Below, one piece after another: positions 11,304-24,300 of a stretch of DNA of 64,000 nucleotides. Below the pieces are notes generated by a model that worked only from the letters and a program-made list of their open reading frames with translations, had not been told where the DNA came from and searched no databases. Every line of letters begins with the position of its first letter. The stretch's first letter is position 1. Source of the DNA: Eremomyces bilateralis CBS 781.70 (lineage: Eukaryota); NCBI GenBank assembly GCA_010015585.1, contig ML975159.1. One strand, given 5' to 3'. The position numbers and the translations under genes were made by a program.

Positions 11304-12885
11304 TACGCTCAAAGCCCTGGCTTTTTATATTCATCTTGTGATGCATAAACGACAGGCTCAATCAGGCTCAATTTCATACCACAGGTTTTGGGATTCGATT
11401 CTGGTGGACTTCGAACACTATCAATCATACAGATTCGCAGAAGAATCCAGTTACCTGTCTTCCTTCGGCTTCTGTACAGTATGATATTTCATACCAAGAA
11501 AAGCAATTCTATGCAATTTCAATCTGATCGCTACCAAAGCTGTGGAAGCTGTACAAACACATGCCGAGGACCCGTGCTCGAAGATTACCTACCTACTCGA
11601 AACGAAACCAGTGGTGGGAAAACGGCCCTGCCTGAGGTTCGCGACGAATTCAATGCTGTTACACCGCAAAGTCGTCCTAACGTCGGATTAGGCAAGGAAT
11701 CGAATTGAATCAATGATAACTGGGCTCGGCCTTGATGTTCTCGAGTTCAGCAACAATGGATCACACGGGACTGCCTTTCTCTGCTCTTTACTAGCATTTA
11801 TCCTGTTCATGTTCCTTCCCCGCACTTGATCTCCAACCTCCGACAAGCCGACATGTTCAGCGCTTCAATGCATGGATTACTGGAGTGGAGGGAGGATTTA
11901 GACAGACATTTGTCAGTGACAAAAAGCGAGGCGTGGAGGCGCTACATGGAATTGCATATTATGTACATGCTACACACAGTGGGCGCTACTGGAGCGTCCC
12001 GTGTAAACGCCCTCAGATTTGCAACGACCAATAACACGGCGACTCAACGCCAACTCCCATTGTTTAATATTTCTTTTGGGGGACGGAACCATATACGTTC
12101 TGTGGTAGACGACAGAGATTAGATCCGCCTTGGAATGGAACGGCCCGCTGCAGAGTGGAGAGTTTCCACAATGTCGAGTTCATAGACAATGGTCTCGGCA
12201 GATCAGTACGGGTAACCAGTGCTGTATTCTCCACAAGCGGCTAACTGCCTCGGTATCCTTTAAATATAAGATGGATGCCACACCCACCAGTTCCTAACAG
12301 AACACAGGGTATTGTCATCCGAAAGACTGATGAGCGGCTTGGGACCCCAGGAGTCGCATTGATGGCTTTTGCGCTGGCAGCCTGGTACATACCAAACCTT
12401 ACATAGTATGCAGGGGAAAGTATGTTCAGCCGACAGTTCAGTCATGCAAGGGTAGGAGTTTACGACACTTTGATAATGGTGTGCCACACTTGTTTTATGG
12501 CGGGTAAAATACAAAAGAATTGGTTTTCGCTATTCCCTTCCACAGAAGTCTTCGTTTTGAGTCAAATCTTAGTCCAGTACGCAAAAATGAAGAGCTCTCT
12601 AGCTTGCACTGCCTGTTGGGCATGCCAGCGTGGACAGACCCGATCTGGCGTAGTGAGGCCGCTTGATCCATATCGGAAGAGGCCTCGAGGGCGGACATCC
12701 ATCTTGCTCGACCTCTACTTCCTTCGGAACACCACCAGCTGTTTGCAGAAACGAAACCACATCCGGATGCCTTGAGGTCTATGAGCCACCTTCTGATGCT
12801 TCGTGCTGTTTGAATACAGCCTGGGACTCCGATACCCAGACTTCCTGTCTCTGCCAACAGAAGTTTAGCCTTGGAGGCTTAAATC

Positions 12886-13897
12886 ATGACTGGAACAGGT
12901 CAGGGGCTGGGAGGGAGATTGTGCTCTGTGGCTAGTTATGATGGACTGAGTCAAAACTATATCGACCCTACGGCCGAATTTACCGACGACGAGACTTTTC
13001 AAACGACAGACTATACGCAGTCAGTCCCACTCAATGAGGTAGTAGCACTGGTTCTCTCAGGCGTACCAACAGCTGACAAATACTAGTACGACGGTACCTC
13101 GATAAACGGCTCGAACCCGTTTTCTTCCTCTGAATCCTATCCGAATTCCAGTCCGAGTAATGTTTTCTCACCCGACCCTGCGACGAGCGACTCGAGGACC
13201 GAAGACTTTCCAAGTGAAAGGAGGCATCACGCCTCTTTATTTTCCAATGCAATAGAACAGCCCTCATCAGAGACGGTGACGACTGTTCACGGACCTGGTT
13301 CCACCGATCTTTCACCGCAGTGGCTCCAGGATCGTCCGTGGTCCGAATGGGACGGAGAGAATGGCCAGGAGACAGGTATACAGTCGACCGGACTATTCAA
13401 CCCCTTGCTCTACCCGAGCACCGCGACTCTTACTGCGGTCGAACAGATACCTGTTACCCGTCCTGAGGCAGTACCAACGCTAGATATAAACGGAAGCAGT
13501 CCTGCCTTCAACAACATAGGATTTTGGACGGCAACAACAGGCTTCACAGGCACGAATCCAGTACTCCAGCCACGCACCGGTCGGAATAACTTCGTCCCTA
13601 AGCGGTTCGAAACCTCAGGAGATTGGAGGTACGTATACCTAGTCCCGATTATGATCTAATTAGAGACTTACCAGATCCAGGAAACATGAGAAAAAGCGTA
13701 CACGGCCCCATTCGTGCGACAAGTGCGGGATGAGGTTCCTTTATCCGAAAGATGTCTCGCGTCACAAATTAAAGCATACTGGGGAGAAACCGCACGCATG
13801 CCCCAAATGTGGAACGCGGTTCCCCCGAGCGGATAACTGTCGACGCCATGCAGTTATATGCCAGCGCGACATGGGCCTGGGGGACGGCAATGATTAA
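12886..13897 (+). CDS. C2H2 zinc-finger transcription factor (first finger degenerate, two fingers retained)
   Basis: Introns 13039-13086 (GTAGTA..GCTGAC..TAG) and 13629-13680 join the ORF pieces in frame. The last exon encodes HSCDKCGMRFLYPKDVSRHKLKHTGEKPHACPKCGTRFPRADNCRRHAVIC. The start codon is uncertain. Confidence 0.65.
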
Positions 13898-15941
13898 ATG
13901 ATGTTGAGTCTTGCCATCCCTAATCAGCCTTCTGGCTTATTCAGGGGTATCCATAGGGCTCGGCATCGCTCGCGGTAGGCCCCACGAGGCCGTGAATCCA
14001 AGTTGTTCAACGCCCGAATGGCATCCTAAATTCGATTTCGGTTCGGAAAATGTCGAATACAAATGGACGATGCCCGTTACAAGCATTGCTGCATTCGCTA
14101 AACTTGGGTACGACATCGACGGTTTTGGACTCCAACGCATCTGCCACGGTCCCTACTGGTTGTTAGCGTTCTCTGCAACCATTTCATTTCACGGAACACT
14201 TTTCTTTAACGATTTACGCTTTCTTATGTTTTTGGGACTTCATCGAGCACGGCCTCATCTCTCTGTTCAGGCGAAACCGTCCAGATTGGCACAATCATGG
14301 CTGAAACTGGTTAGAAATGTTTATGGCAACGAGAAGCGTAAAAACGGGACAACGGACAATCATTTCCTATTATGACTTTCAGTAACGAGTTCGGCAATGA
14401 GTATAAACGCCTTGTTACGACCTTATTTTGCGGATAAATTCAATGTTGATGTCAAGGTCATCTTGTGCTGAAGAGCTGCAAGAGTGAGGTGCTCCCTCAG
14501 CAGATCTGATAGGTGATGGCCTAGACGATGCCCATGACTCAATGACGCACAAAGCCGCTTCTAGAGTTCCAAGAGGCCGAAACTGAGTGCCCCAAACCGT
14601 GTGATTGTGATGCGTCACCGCATGCACACACATCCACCCGCTGGCGCCAACGAAAACTGATTGACTTAATTGGGGCCCGAGGCTTTGGTGACTGGTCATA
14701 CCAATCCCCGCGGTAGGGAGCCGTGGCACAATTCCCGCACCATGTCTCTAGTAGTTCAGCCCAACAAAGGAGTGTGAAGTGCGACGAAGCTCTAATATCT
14801 AGGTCTCATATGGACTTAGGAGCAGCAATGTGGTTCGCAGTTGCTTCAGGGTTGTCCTTTTTCGTCTACATTGGATGCGGCCAATAGACGTCTCACACCT
14901 GTATCCGGCATCCACCCGAATGCTACGATGCATCAGCATGGTAGTAAGCGATGTCTTGTGCTCCAGGTCTTCAACATCGTGGAACGCCGAGGTTACTAGT
15001 TATGGTATCGATTGGGAACGCCAGACGCCTTCATATTAGAAAGGGGTTGTGAAATGTGAAGAAGGATTCGATATCCGTAAATCGACCCGCTCCCACACCC
15101 AGTCTCCCCGCTTTAATGCCTGACTAGGATCGCACGGAGTAGGTATATAAGATAAGGACAACAGCCTCTGATTGTGTGATTTACAGTGCAAGTACTCTGG
15201 ATTTCGTTGCCAACAAGGGATGGCAGACTACGTGCCCAGTCGCACCTCGATACATTTGATGAAGGGAAAGATATGCCTTCCACGATAGTCAATATACAGC
15301 CACAACTGCTAACCAGCATCCACGAAACCCCAATTGTGCTGAGAGTGGCACCTCCATGACCCCGCGTGAAGTCGTCAAGGGGTCTGAGATCGCCATGAAG
15401 CGCAAGGAAGGGCTAGGTGTTCATTGGCCGGACTCAGATCCGCGAGACCCTAAGACTCTCCAGATCGATGGATGAGCACCAGACTCTTCTTCACCATGAA
15501 CAATGTTCAAACTTGCTTTAAGCGGCGACGCATTGAAGTGCCCATTGATAAGATAATGGGAATTTTGGCAATTATGGCGGTGGAGTGTAGGCCCCGCTAC
15601 GAGACGCTCCGCCCCGGCGGTGCTCCCATCTCCACCCGTTATTATGAGGGGCCTCCCGGAGAGGAATTGGAACACTGGGACGTCACTGACGTGGACTCGA
15701 CATTTGTTGTCCTGTCTTGTTACCCAACGTGGATAATAATATAATGCTATTGTTATCCGCCACCCGACACTCCGCAGACTTGTTTGACTTCCATTGCCCA
15801 GCTTTGAGCAGAGCTCACAAGGACAGTCGTCTCTGAAAGCTTGGTCTAGTTGGGCCTTTGACTTCCGTGTCGTGCAACTGCACGCTTCTGTGTTCGACTT
15901 ACCGGCAGAGAGACTACAGAACTCCCTGGTGGGAGAGGAAG

Positions 15942-17710
15942 ATGGAAGACTCTGATGATTTTGCTAACTCGTGCCTCTACGGATTTCCCGATTGTACCAC
16001 CGACTGGCTTTGTGAATCTGGTTTGGATTGTCTGACCAGCTATGTAAGTTTCGTGCAGTTTTGACGATCAGTTTGAACAAGCTCACTAACGGTTCCCGAA
16101 GGACCCCTTCTCATCATCCCAAACTGGCGGAACTCTAGCGTTCACCTCATCCGCCCCTGAGGTCAATCTCCAGCTCGAACCAGCAGATGGGCCAATCTCC
16201 TCCAAATATCCAGGCTTTTCCTTCCCACCCGGGTCTCGCGTCGAACAGACCGAACAACTTCTGGGAATCTCTGGAGATGGCAGCGGTGTGCTAGAAATCA
16301 TAGGGAATGTAGGACCCATTCAGTCAACCCGGGCATCTCCACTAGACCAGAATGCAGGCGATGCTGGCATATCCGGCAATACATGGAATACATCCATGAA
16401 CAAGAGTGACTCGCTGGACAAGCAGGAGATAGTCATCCATGGTGATAATCGGATGCTGGAGAAACTGCGAGGAGCTGTCGGCCAGCAGATTCAGCCTAGA
16501 ATACCGGAAGCCGATATTACCCAATATGCTACCGGCCTGGACGCTGTTCGTGTCCTAATGGAAGCTATATTTGGTCCCGAAAAGACGCCGTCTAGAGAAT
16601 ATCTGGCAAGGATCCACCAAGGGGAGCAATTTCGCATTCGCTATAATGGGCGGGGAAACCCATATTGGAGCAGCCAGATCGGATCTGATAGGATATTGTC
16701 GAAGGAAGAGCTCCAAGTCATTGTCCAGATTGTAGGCGACGATCTGCTCCCCCCGCTCCCCCTCCATCTTGGGGTGATTTGGCCCGAGCCCTTGACCAGC
16801 ACAGAACCGGATGACCGTGGTGTAACACATTACTCGGCGAGCACACTAGGCCCAGGCAGCCCCTACGGTCGAACCATCTGGATACTTTTCGACAAAATTG
16901 ACCGCTCGGTGGATGATTCGCCCTGCGGGTGGCTTGGTCTCGTGCCATTTACTGGTTCGGGCGATGGTCCACCTGAGCTCCCGTACACTAGCCTTTTAAA
17001 TCTGGGGAAGTCTTCGATCGATGCTGAGGGAGACTTGGGCCCGGAGTTTGGTCCCAGATGGCGGGAAGACGGCGTATATTCCCGGTTCAATGGTTGCCAG
17101 AATCCCATGCCTGTGCAGAACCAACACGCCGACACCGATCGACTGGCCAATTCGCTTCAGCATCCAGTGCCAGGGACGCCGGAGCGACATGTCCCACATA
17201 TGGGTGACCCGATAAGTCCTCCTATAGACCCTCGGCTCTTAGACATGGATACAAACAACAGAAGCGAAGACGAACCATCGGAAAATCGAGAAACTCGGAA
17301 TCGGGGTACTCGGAATCGGGGTACTCGGAATCCGCGCATAGAAAGAGGTTATCCCTGTCCTCATTCACTCTGTCAGTCGAAGAGCAAGGCATTCGATCTG
17401 AAAAGCCAACTGAGGTAGGTGACCATATACCCTGAGTCTAGTTTAAGCTTTCAACTGACTTTCCTTTAGTCGTCACCTCAGAGAGATCCACTCCCCAAAG
17501 GATGAGAGGAAGTATAAATGTACTGTCCCAAGGGGGTGCAAGACGAAGTTTATCTCAAACTCCTGGTCAGACTACAAACGCCATCTGAATGTACACAACG
17601 GGACTCAGTTCACTTGTAAAAATTGCCAACAGACCATAAGCCGAAAAGACAACTTGAAGCGACATACGGAGGATAGTTGCAAAGGAAGGAAGAGTGAAGA
17701 CGCACCTTAA
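15942..17710 (+). CDS. C2H2 zinc-finger transcription factor (three C-terminal fingers)
   Basis: Exon 1 MEDSDDF..TSY, intron ending at 16101, long exon to 17414, intron 17415-17469. Fingers: CPHSLC..F..LSRHLREIH, CTVPRGC..F..YKRHLNVH and CKNC..RKDNLKRHTEDSC. Confidence 0.82.
17281..17333 (+). repeat. 15-bp tandem repeat (RNRGT-coding) inside the zinc-finger gene
   Basis: actcggaatcggggt in 2 exact copies plus degenerate flanking copies. Confidence 0.8.
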
Positions 17711-18273
17711 ATTGACAGGAAATTTCATGACTCGAACCACAGGTAGCGCAGGGGCAGAGCGACATGGAGCAAGGAGTAAGGATTTCAACCAAGGAATATT
17801 TCTGGACTGCTGGGGATGCAGATACTGCAATGAATGACATGTGCCTATCAAACCGATACCAATTGACGAATTCTACAGCGTAGAATGGAAATATATTGAA
17901 GATGATGATGTAAATTGATTGATTGATTCCTGCTCCCGTTCGGGCCAACCTCGGTCGGCCCACATGGGGATTGATGTAGCTAAATTTAAGACCTATCCTT
18001 CCCGAATCCCGATAGTGTACCAAACAATTGATTGAGAGCCTCAGGCATCCACATATTCGCAAGACCAGCACAAAACGCCAAGATTTCCAGTTTTCCACAC
18101 TACCAGGCAGAGGCATTCACCTGCACCAGGCACTCAGGCAACAAGGCCTCCACGCACAAACCTCCCTCGCTCGCTCTCAACCCACAAAGTCTCTCCCATC
18201 TTCGAAAATCCGAATCCGATCAACGTCGACCTCCAACACCACCGAATCCCATCGCCAACTCCAAGCCGCAATC

Positions 18274-18834
18274 ATGGGTCGCGTTCGAACGAAGACCGTC
18301 AAGAAGTCCGCCAAGGTCATCATTGAGCGGTACTACCCCAAGCTCACCCTCGACTTCGAGACCAACAAGCGAATCTGCGATGAGATCGCCATCATTGCGT
18401 CGAAGCGTCTGCGCAACAAGGTATATAACCACCCATCAATTTCGGAAGCGTGTGTGCGGTGTTCTAACCGTTGCGCTGTGTAGATTGCCGGCTTCACCAC
18501 CCATCTCATGAAGCGTATCCAACGTGGACCCGTCCGCGGCATCTCCTTCAAGCTCCAGGAAGAGGAACGTGAGCGAAAGGATCAATACGTCCCCGAAGTC
18601 TCGGCTCTCGACTTCACGCAGAACAGCGAGAGCGGACAGCTGGACGTCGATCAGGAGACCAAGGACATGTTGAAGTCCATGGGCGTAAGCAATGCCAATA
18701 TCCACGAACCCCGATTCTGATCGCTAATGAGTGTATGTGTGCAGTTCGACAGCATCCCCGTCAACGTTGTCCCTGTGTCCGCCCAGCAGACGAACGAGCG
18801 CCCGCGCCGATTCGGCGACCGCCCGGCGCGATAG
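18274..18834 (+). CDS. rps17: 40S ribosomal protein S17 (eS17)
   Basis: [65 protein letters not shown]. Introns 18421-18483 and 18685-18744. Confidence 0.98.
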
Positions 18835-19628
18835 ATTCCTTTCTGGCATTGATGGCGTTTTATGATACTCGGATGGAGGATGGAGAAAGGTACTCCAGCA
18901 CGGCTACCCCATGGTTCATAACGGTGAAATAAAAGCAACTTTGCCCTACTAGGTGTCGCTGAGCGGTCGGCTTGCGCTGACTGTGAGGCTTGATTGCCAT
19001 TATTCATTATGCATGTGTGATGTTACTGATGATGTCGACTGATGACCCACCGATTCCGCGTCGAGGGTGCGAGCCCAATGTCGAGACCTGCCTTTCTCTC
19101 ATTCTACTCCCCACTGATGATTTCCTTTAACTTTCAGAGTCTTTGTCATTCAGTTCGTCTCTTTCAATCGTGTCGATACCCATTGGTATTGTTTTTGAGG
19201 GTGGTACGGTCTACGGAGAACTCTCAATGCGGCTTGGGTACCTGCGATGCCCACCAGGATTTCCATCTAGTGCAACTGTGGTCCCTGCAGTGCCCACCAG
19301 CAAGACAGAGTCTACATTTGTCTCCTAAAGACCACCCACGGTACGCTACCGTCATGTGTGACGATTCCGCTGTACCTATCTCGTAGTTGCGATGGCCAGT
19401 GTACGTTCACCCAGAAGTATCCATCCAATTCGGCCAAGTCCAACGCGGGAAGACTGCCAATAGCTTTTCATATAATAAAGGAACCTGTGTTTTGTCGCAC
19501 TGAAGCCTCGCGTATCTATTTTCCCCTCCATCTGTGAGTGCACCCCGCGGCAGGTCAAAGATCGAAGACCGCTATTTTGACAAATACAATACAAAAATGC
19601 CCCCCAAACATGATGATACCAGGCTGGC

Positions 19629-21377
19629 TTAGAACCATTTCTCGGTGAAAGACCCTCGCTTCTTCTTCCCATCACCGCTGGTATCACCACTTCCCCCGCC
19701 GCCGCTCGACCTTCCCCACTCTCCTTCCAACACCTTCTTCCCCCTCTCCCTCCACTGGTCCGATTGCGCACGAGTATGCCTTCCCCCCTTCCTCTCCTCC
19801 AGCCTCTCCTCCTCCAGCCGTCTTCTCCTCTCCACCCTCCGTGCCCGAATCTCATCCACCTCCCTCTGCAACCTCTCCACCTCCCCCTGCGCCCTCACCA
19901 CCGCCCCCTCTTCCTCCCTCCCCTCCCTCAAATCCCTCTCCAACCGCCCCGCCCGCGTCCTCGCCTCCCGCAACTCCCGCGAGCTCCGCTCCGCCCGCGC
20001 CCGCTCGCCCTCCGACCGCACCGACCCATCTCCCGCCCCAATCTCGCTCTCTGTCCACCGCACTCGTGTCGGCGTCTCCGGTAACTCCAACGTTTCTTCC
20101 CCGGACTCCACCGCCCGTCGGTACCCATCCCGCGCCTCGTCTTCTAGCTCTCGCCGCCGCCGCGCCTCCTCGCGCATCTGCTCCCGCGCCTGCATGCGGT
20201 TGTACTCCCGCATGCTATGCTGGTCCTCCGCGGCTTCGCGCTTCTCGCGCTCCTCGTTGCCCTCGAGCCGCTGTCCGGGCGGTGTCTGCGGACGCGTCTG
20301 CAGCGTTGCGGCGTTGCTGATGGTGCTCAGCCGGCGCCGACGGGCGGGAACGTCGGTGCGGTCGCGCTCCCGGTCGCGGCGCTCGAGGCGCTCGTTACGG
20401 GCGTGGTCGGCGCGGGCTTGGGCGCGGTAGTCGGACTCGACAGGGTCGACGCGGTCAGCGCGGGTGAGGATAGAGGGGGAGGAGGAGCCGGAGACGGAGG
20501 CGGTGGGGTAGAGGGAAGGGGTGGTGGAGGAGACGGAGACGTTGGAGGAGGTGCGCCGGTGTTGGGTGGTGGGTTCGCGGTAGGTGAGGTTGGCGGGACG
20601 GGGGGAGGGAGGGGGGTTGTGGAGCTGGACGCGTTGGGAGGGGCGGCGGCGTGGAAGGGTGGTGGGGGGCTCGCCGAAGGGTTCGCCGAGTGGGGACACA
20701 TGATGACCAGTAAGAGGTGTCATCGGCGCAGGAGGTGGTGGAGGGATACCGCCGAACATCGCGTTTAATGGTGAGTGATGCATTGGAGGCGGTGGCGGAA
20801 TTGGGCCTTCCATGTTTGCTGAGACTGGCCGGGAGCGCGGAGTATCAATGATGTGGACAGACGAAGCGTCGGAGACGCTGCTGGCAAGCGAACCAGAGCG
20901 ACGGTGCTCGGTTTTCTTTTTCCTGTCTTTTCCGCCGATGTAAAAGACCGGCTCATAGTACTTTCGCGCCTCAGACCGGCTCCTGCTTGACGAACTGCGT
21001 CCTAATTTGGATGTCGAGGAGCCTCGCGACTCACGCCAGCTAGGCTCTGCAATACGCACGTTGAATTCGGAAGGTGATGCACTCAAAGGGCTAGGAGTGA
21101 GTGGTGAGTTCGAAGTTGCAGGTGTGGAGATTTCTCCTGGAATGCTCAGACCCGGGGTATGTCGACTATATCCATGTCCCCCTGGTCCGGCTGGTATCGG
21201 CTGGGATAATGTTGGTCCTTGGGGGGCGTTGTGAACTTGAATTGTCCCGCGGAATATCTTTTGTGCATTCGGGCAAGCGCGGCGTCCCTGTGAATTGTTG
21301 CAAGGATAATAGAGGCGCTCGTCCTCGACGATGTCGCCGCTATCATAGACCTTGCGGGTGACGTGAACAATACACAT
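19629..21377 (-). CDS. Hypothetical protein, 582 aa: short Cys-containing N-terminus, Pro/Ser-rich middle, Arg/Glu-rich coiled-coil C-terminus
   Basis: Long intronless ORF with an ATG in good context (ACAATG) and coding-like composition. No family recognised. Confidence 0.8.
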   Translation of the reverse strand: MCIVHVTRKVYDSGDIVEDERLYYPCNNSQGRRACPNAQKIFRGTIQVHNAPQGPTLSQPIPAGPGGHGYSRHTPGLSIPGEISTPATSNSPLTPSPLSASPSEFNVRIAEPSWRESRGSSTSKLGRSSSSRSRSEARKYYEPVFYIGGKDRKKKTEHRRSGSLASSVSDASSVHIIDTPRSRPVSANMEGPIPPPPPMHHSPLNAMFGGIPPPPPAPMTPLTGHHVSPLGEPFGEPPTTLPRRRPSQRVQLHNPPPSPRPANLTYREPTTQHRRTSSNVSVSSTTPSLYPTASVSGSSSPSILTRADRVDPVESDYRAQARADHARNERLERRDRERDRTDVPARRRRLSTISNAATLQTRPQTPPGQRLEGNEEREKREAAEDQHSMREYNRMQAREQMREEARRRRELEDEARDGYRRAVESGEETLELPETPTRVRWTESEIGAGDGSVRSEGERARAERSSRELREARTRAGRLERDLREGREEEGAVVRAQGEVERLQREVDEIRARRVERRRRLEEERLEERKGGRHTRAQSDQWRERGKKVLEGEWGRSSGGGGSGDTSGDGKKKRGSFTEKWF

Positions 21378-24300
21378 TGTGACGAATGCGATCGGCCGGA
21401 CTTTTATGTGCTTCGCAGTTGGGCCTTCACGGCCCTAGCGTTTTCGATAGATTTGAGCAGGGAAGGTTCCGGGAGCCGATGTAAGAACAGCAGGTACGTT
21501 GGCGTCCTTCCAGGTTGATGTCAAGTTTTGGCGTCCGCGGTTCGGCGACAGTTTTTGCGACCGCTTGAAAATGCCTGAAATTGCACGAATGGTGCTCGGA
21601 AATTTGCGTAGGATTCTCTGGTCGGGCAGCGACGGTAGCGGCCTCGTTAACCCTAAGCAAGAGCAAGGAATGCGGACGGGAAACGACCGGGATGGATCTG
21701 GTGAAGATTCGATGATAATGTTCGATCTCCCGAAATTTCGTTGGGCTACGAGGAAACGTTAGGGGTTTTGATTGAGGGTAATTTCCAGATCAACGTTGCA
21801 GACGGGAAGGGCAACGGGAGGTGTCGTGCATAGACTTCTAGTGCGGTATAAAGGGTCATGGAACCAATCCGCGTGGACGTACCCTGTGGTCTTTAAAATC
21901 GATACCTGATATGGCGGGGTGACAGGATGAGACAGGCAAGGAGATCATCGACAAAGACGATTATACAAAGCTTGACGACTAGAAGGTCTTAAATGGACAA
22001 AGTATGAATGTTGTTAAATTGTAAAGAGAGAAATTGACTCTTTGGGGATATATGCAAGAAAGGGGAGCGATGACTGCGTATGGTGGTGTGTTAGAGTTGG
22101 GGCGTTAGTGGATATGCACGATGCTCCAGTCTCATTGCAGCGAGTGGAACATATATACGATTTGCCAAAGCTGGAGCCTTGACGGCATTTATGCGAAGGG
22201 CCCCCAATTCAAGTGACAAGGTTTTGGAAACTCGCCAGCCCAGTTCATCATTGAGCAGTCACTAGCCACGGTGAAATCGGAACAAGAAATGGTGCTGGAA
22301 GGATTGGAATAGTCCATCGTGGTAGCAGGCCATGAGGCGCTTGCACAGCCTCTTGTCAGGCTGTGCTCTGGCCGCCCTTCGAAGGGCGAGCTCGGGCCTT
22401 GACGACAAACGACAGACCATGCCGCTTGAGTGGCCCGTTTCTGTAATATTCGGATAGATGAGCTCATGGTTAGTGTAATAGTGTGTGATGGTAGCAAGGA
22501 GGAAGAAAATTGGCCATCACAGTCTGTTTTGGGCGCTGTTGAAGCTCCATTGAAGCTCTGGGTGTTCGTTCATCGCGACCCCAAGGTCGGAGAGATGGGC
22601 AGTGCAACTCGAACTGGCTCTCGGCATAGGACCGGAGAGGTAGCACCCCTCGCATGAGCATAGCAAGCAGTTCTGTTGAGATAGCGAAACCCAAGTCTGG
22701 TCGCCTGATGGGACAGATAATGAACGTCACCCGGCAGCCGATCATCATCGGAGGCTTCGGAGCACTGGAGCAGAGAGCTCGTGGGAGTTCTGCCGTTGGA
22801 TGTTCGACATGGGAAGGAGTTGGGTGGTGGAGAGAGCAGTGGAGCACTCACAAGCCACGGGAGGTTCGCGTCGTAGTCAACTGGCCAATCAGAAATGAGA
22901 GTTTAAATCAGCTGTGCCACAATAGGGGGTCATCTGCACTGCCACAAACTGTTCCGCTATTCGAAGCGGTTAGTGCCTCCGATCAGTCACCCTTTTTCGT
23001 CCTCTACTCCACTCAGAGTAGTTCGGATTGGGTTTCAAATCAAAGTCGGTTTAGGGCGCACACTGCATGAGACGGGAGCAATGCTGCCAAGTCCCAGCCT
23101 CTCAGCGGCGTGGCGAGCACCGCTATGGGAAACCTCCCCGCGCCCTTTTCCAACCTCAATGGGAATTGGGAATATTGCCCATGCCGAGAGGTCGTGACTC
23201 GAGAGTGGCAACACGAACTCATCCTCGTGGTGGCACTACCGGCATATGCGGGAGGAGCAGTCGTGTATCCGAGCATCTGCCCCGTTGGCTGTGGCTCCTC
23301 GTCGCCGAGTTTAAGGAACGGGCACTAGCGGGAGAGCTGCGTGCTTATCCAGAAGAGCCACTCATCGTGAGAATTGTCGAGCCATTGATTCGACCAACAT
23401 GAGAAGGGAACAGCCGCAGGCCGGTCAACATCCTATGGGATGTCGTCGCTCGCGGCGAGCGGTGGGGGGCACCTTCATGCGTTTTTTTCCGGCATGGTCG
23501 GAGGCGAACTGCTCACAACCAATCTCAGGAGCTCAACGTCGGTGCCTTCGGAGCATTTCAAGCGGCAAGATTCCTCCTAACCAACCATCCGTCTCGCCTG
23601 ACTAGAGAGGTCGACGCGAGCAAATTCCGCCCTTGGAACGGTCTCCTGATGACGATGGCCCTCAGTAGCCGGACAAGTATCAAGCGTAAGGAGCATCGGC
23701 TACCTGCTAGGGATCAGATCTCCTAATTCAGACTCTGTCAAGAAACCGGATGGGGAAATTAATTTCAGCATATTTCAGCAGATTCCATGTTCCGATGCCG
23801 CTGAAGGATTCTTGCCAACCCCCCTGAACATTGTGACTTGAATATCAACTAGGGTGAGAAAGGTACACCAAGAAATGCGCATTTGCCTAACGGCCAAACC
23901 CTATGCCCAGCACGCCAGCAACCAACAATCCCACCCAAAGAAAACTCGCGATGTCACACAACGAACGCCACATGCACCGCAGCCCATAGCGCCCTAAAGC
24001 GGTGCCGCCCTAGTCCCGAAATTACCTACCATGGGGTGTTCGTGCATGAATTAACAACCCAGGATATGAAAGTCCAGCCTTATGAAAGGGTGAGTTGAGA
24101 CTTGAGCCACCTTTGAAATCGAACTGGAATTGAAACCACCCAGTTGATACGCACCGGCCACCCACAGCCCTCCCGAAAGCACGCGATTTGAGCGAAATTG
24201 TAGGGAGAAATCAGTAACGTGGCTTGGGACAAGAATAGCAAATATCCATCATTCAGTGGGGCTGGAATCTGGATGCTTGACTTCCCGCCTGGTGGATTCC

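Noticed and set aside
18028..18273. In-frame upstream extension of RPS17 in the ORF track
   Set aside because: RPS17 universally starts MGRVRTK. The extension has no ATG or targeting features and covers promoter/5' UTR.
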